Assembly (NCBI GenBank): GCA_019058315.1
Contig: JAHPZH010000002.1
Span: 64,001 to 128,000, forward strand
Length of the DNA stretch: 64,000 nt
Source of the DNA: Candidatus Helarchaeota archaeon
Lineage (GTDB): Archaea; Asgardarchaeota; Lokiarchaeia; Helarchaeales; RDOG01
Direction: 5' to 3'
The notes beneath the pieces are model-generated. The model searched no databases. It saw only the letters and a list, made by a program, of their open reading frames with translations, and was not told where the DNA came from. This document shows positions 61,749-64,000 of the stretch, piece by piece; position 1 is the stretch's first letter; each line of letters starts with the position of its first letter. The translations under genes were made by a program, and so were the position numbers.

Positions 61749-63067
61749 AAGATTTAGATAAATATTTTCGTAATATCATTCCAGATCATATGTTAGATCG
61801 TGGTATTACAGTATTAGAGACTTATTTGAAACCAATAAGAATTTTATTGGAACAGAGAAGTATTCCTGAAGAAGGTTGGAATAAGGAGTCAATTAAACTT
61901 TTTTTAAAATTACTTTCACTGATGGATACTGATAAAGATCCAATCGCCGCCCGAGTTGGTGAAAGAGAAGCAAGGATGGCATCTCCATATATCGCGGAAT
62001 TAGCTCAAGGATTTTGCCATGGAATTGGTAGAAGTGGGGTTATTGCAACTTCCCAACCAAAAGCACCTGGTGGATCAATCATGTATAATCTAGCAAATAG
62101 ATTAGCATTATATGCAATAAAAAAGTTTGGTGTTCCAAATGCAAAAGGGGCTATAGTCTTTCCATTAGCTACTGGTATGTCAATTGCTTTAGCATTAGCG
62201 GTGGCAAGAGATATCACAAAATGTAAAAAAGTAATTTTTCCAAGATTAGATCATAAATCACCTTTAAAAGCTATTAGATTAGTTGGTCTGACTCCTGTTA
62301 TAATAGAAGGACAAATTTATGGAGACGCTGTGCGTATACCACCTGAAATTATAGAAAAAGCGATAGATAAAGAAACAGCAGCTATCCTATCAACAACCAC
62401 ATTCTTTCCACCTCGAGAAGCTGATGATATCAAAGCCATTGCGAAAATAGCAGAAGAACATCAAATTCCACATATAATCAATAATGCATATGGTGTTCAG
62501 AGTAGAATTTTAATGAAAAAAATCCAAGGCGCAATCGATGCTGGTCGTGTTGATGCATTTATCCAAAGCGTAGATAAAAACTTCCTGGCTCCCATAGGAG
62601 GAGCAATAGTTGCCTCCCCTAATAAAGAATTTTTAGAAAAAATTAACCAATCATATGCTGGTAGAGGAACTGCAGCACCAGTCGTTCAATTTTTAGCTGC
62701 AATCTTAACGCTTGGAGTGAAAGGATATGAAAGATTACGTGATGAACAAGAAAAAAATTTTAAATTATTAAAGGAACTACTTCTCAAAACAATAGAGAAA
62801 TATGGCGAAAGAGTATTAAATGTCGAAAATCCTGTAGCTATCGCAATATCAATGACTAAAAGGGATCCTCAAAAAGTAGGAGCGGCGTTATATTCTCTTA
62901 GAGCCACCGGCCCAAGAGCTCCATCCTCTAAGGATTGGGGATCATGTACAAACGAATATAATTGTCCTTATTTAGTGCTGAATGCAGCAATTGGTGTAAA
63001 AAAATCCGATATTATACAAATTAATGAGAAGTTAGAAAAAGCACTCCAACAAATAAAACCAAATTAG
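61745..63067 (+). CDS. spcS: O-phosphoseryl-tRNA(Sec) selenium transferase (SepSecS)
   Basis: GERE.R, HGIGRSG....QPKA.G, P.ATGM, H.INNAYG.Q, QS.DKNF..P.GG; ATGA overlap with selB. Confidence 0.95.
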   Translation: MKDLDKYFRNIIPDHMLDRGITVLETYLKPIRILLEQRSIPEEGWNKESIKLFLKLLSLMDTDKDPIAARVGEREARMASPYIAELAQGFCHGIGRSGVIATSQPKAPGGSIMYNLANRLALYAIKKFGVPNAKGAIVFPLATGMSIALALAVARDITKCKKVIFPRLDHKSPLKAIRLVGLTPVIIEGQIYGDAVRIPPEIIEKAIDKETAAILSTTTFFPPREADDIKAIAKIAEEHQIPHIINNAYGVQSRILMKKIQGAIDAGRVDAFIQSVDKNFLAPIGGAIVASPNKEFLEKINQSYAGRGTAAPVVQFLAAILTLGVKGYERLRDEQEKNFKLLKELLLKTIEKYGERVLNVENPVAIAISMTKRDPQKVGAALYSLRATGPRAPSSKDWGSCTNEYNCPYLVLNAAIGVKKSDIIQINEKLEKALQQIKPN

Positions 63068-63140
63068 TTTAGAATTATTTCTAAAAAATAATTTATAATA
63101 AAAATCAAGTCCTTTATATGAGCAATAATAGTAATTTTGT

Positions 63141-63232
63141 GGCAGACTGTGCCGTAGGTGGTCCTGCGGTCCGGACTTCAGATCCGGGATACTCGAGAGA
63201 GTATGCGGTTCGATTCCGCCAGTCCGCCGCCA
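63141..63232 (+). tRNA. selC: tRNA-Sec (TCA), archaeal 9/4 fold
   Basis: 9-bp acceptor GGCAGACTG/CAGTCCGCC (one A-C), 7-bp D-stem, 6-bp anticodon stem with CTTCAGA loop, long variable arm, 4-bp T-stem, G73-CCA; TTTATA at ~63113. Confidence 0.95.
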
Positions 63233-63257
63233 ATTCTCATTTTTGGTGTAATTTAAA

Positions 63258-64000
63258 TTGAATCTTGAAGCAATAACAGAATCTATTAGAAATTTTGATG
63301 GTGTTAAAAGAAAAGAAGGCATAGCTATATCAATTAAACCATTAGAAGAAACATTAAACTTGGGAAATGTGAACGTAATAAAATCATTTGGTGAAGATGC
63401 AGCCGTTTTTGAAGTGCCAAATTATGATAATGATTATTTCCTATTAGCATTGGACGGTATGTGGAATAAATTGGTTGAAGCTGATCCATGGTTAGCTGGA
63501 TATTTTTCGATTTTAGTAAATGTTAATGATATTGTAGTTAAAGGGGGAACACCATTAGCTTTATTAAACATCATATCTACTACTGATGATTCATATACCA
63601 AAGAAATAATGGATGGTATTGTAGAGGGATGTAAAAAATTCTCAGTTCCAATGGTAGGAGGACATTATCATCCAAAAGCTAATAATAATTCATTATCTGT
63701 TGCTATTTTGGGTAAAGTTAAAAAAACCGCTGTTTTATTTTCTGATTCTGCCAAGGTTGGAGATAGTATTTTAATGGGAATTGATATGGATGGTAGTTTT
63801 AATACGAAATTCAAATATGCTTTTAACACAACTCAGCATAAGACACCTTCTCAAATTAACAAGATCTATCAAGTATGGCGGGATATTACTCATAAAAGTT
63901 TAGCATCAGCAGGTAAAGACATATCGAATCCAGGAATTTTAGGAACTTTAGGAATGCTATTAGATGCTAGCGATAAAGGAGGACGTGTGAATATTTTAAA
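63258..64000 (+). CDS. PurM/SelD-fold protein, methanogenesis marker protein 2-like (runs off the window; not in the ORF track)
   Basis: TTG start; IRNFDGVKRK, FGEDAA, LALDGMW, DPWLAGY..ILVNVNDI...GG.P, VGGHYHP, KDISNPG.LGTLGMLL. Confidence 0.85.
   Translation, partial: MNLEAITESIRNFDGVKRKEGIAISIKPLEETLNLGNVNVIKSFGEDAAVFEVPNYDNDYFLLALDGMWNKLVEADPWLAGYFSILVNVNDIVVKGGTPLALLNIISTTDDSYTKEIMDGIVEGCKKFSVPMVGGHYHPKANNNSLSVAILGKVKKTAVLFSDSAKVGDSILMGIDMDGSFNTKFKYAFNTTQHKTPSQINKIYQVWRDITHKSLASAGKDISNPGILGTLGMLLDASDKGGRVNIL

Overview
AT-rich archaeal window, most consistent with an Asgard archaeon (Loki/Hel-like; this is inference from the archaeal RNA genes, Sec machinery, enlarged 23S and eukaryote-like domains). 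1-12 kb: three tandem carboxylesterases, five UroD/MtaA-family methyltransferase-like genes (including a 2.5-kb tandem duplication), a corrinoid protein and a DUF2961/GH172 gene. 12-41 kb: accessory region with hydrolases, two sulfatases, a large repeat-rich surface protein plus wHTH regulator behind four 21-bp phased repeats, adjacent PHD-like and SAP-like genes, a multi-TM/longin fusion, and a box C/D sRNA with a self-complementary leader. 41-45 kb: a stand-alone 23S rRNA gene (minus strand) with expansion segments and a processing stem whose 3' arm is duplicated 1.37 kb away. 45-64 kb: core RNA/translation region with an unannotated structured RNA candidate, nth, pfpI, acdA, RNase P RNA, tsr3, three intron-containing tRNAs (iMet with 3 introns, Ile with 2, Ala with 1), arrestin-like and TGT-like genes, valS, an EF-2 paralogue lacking the HRG motif, and a selB-SepSecS-tRNA(Sec) cluster followed by a SelD/PurM-fold 'methanogenesis marker 2'-like gene. 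All calls are by eye; no searches were run.
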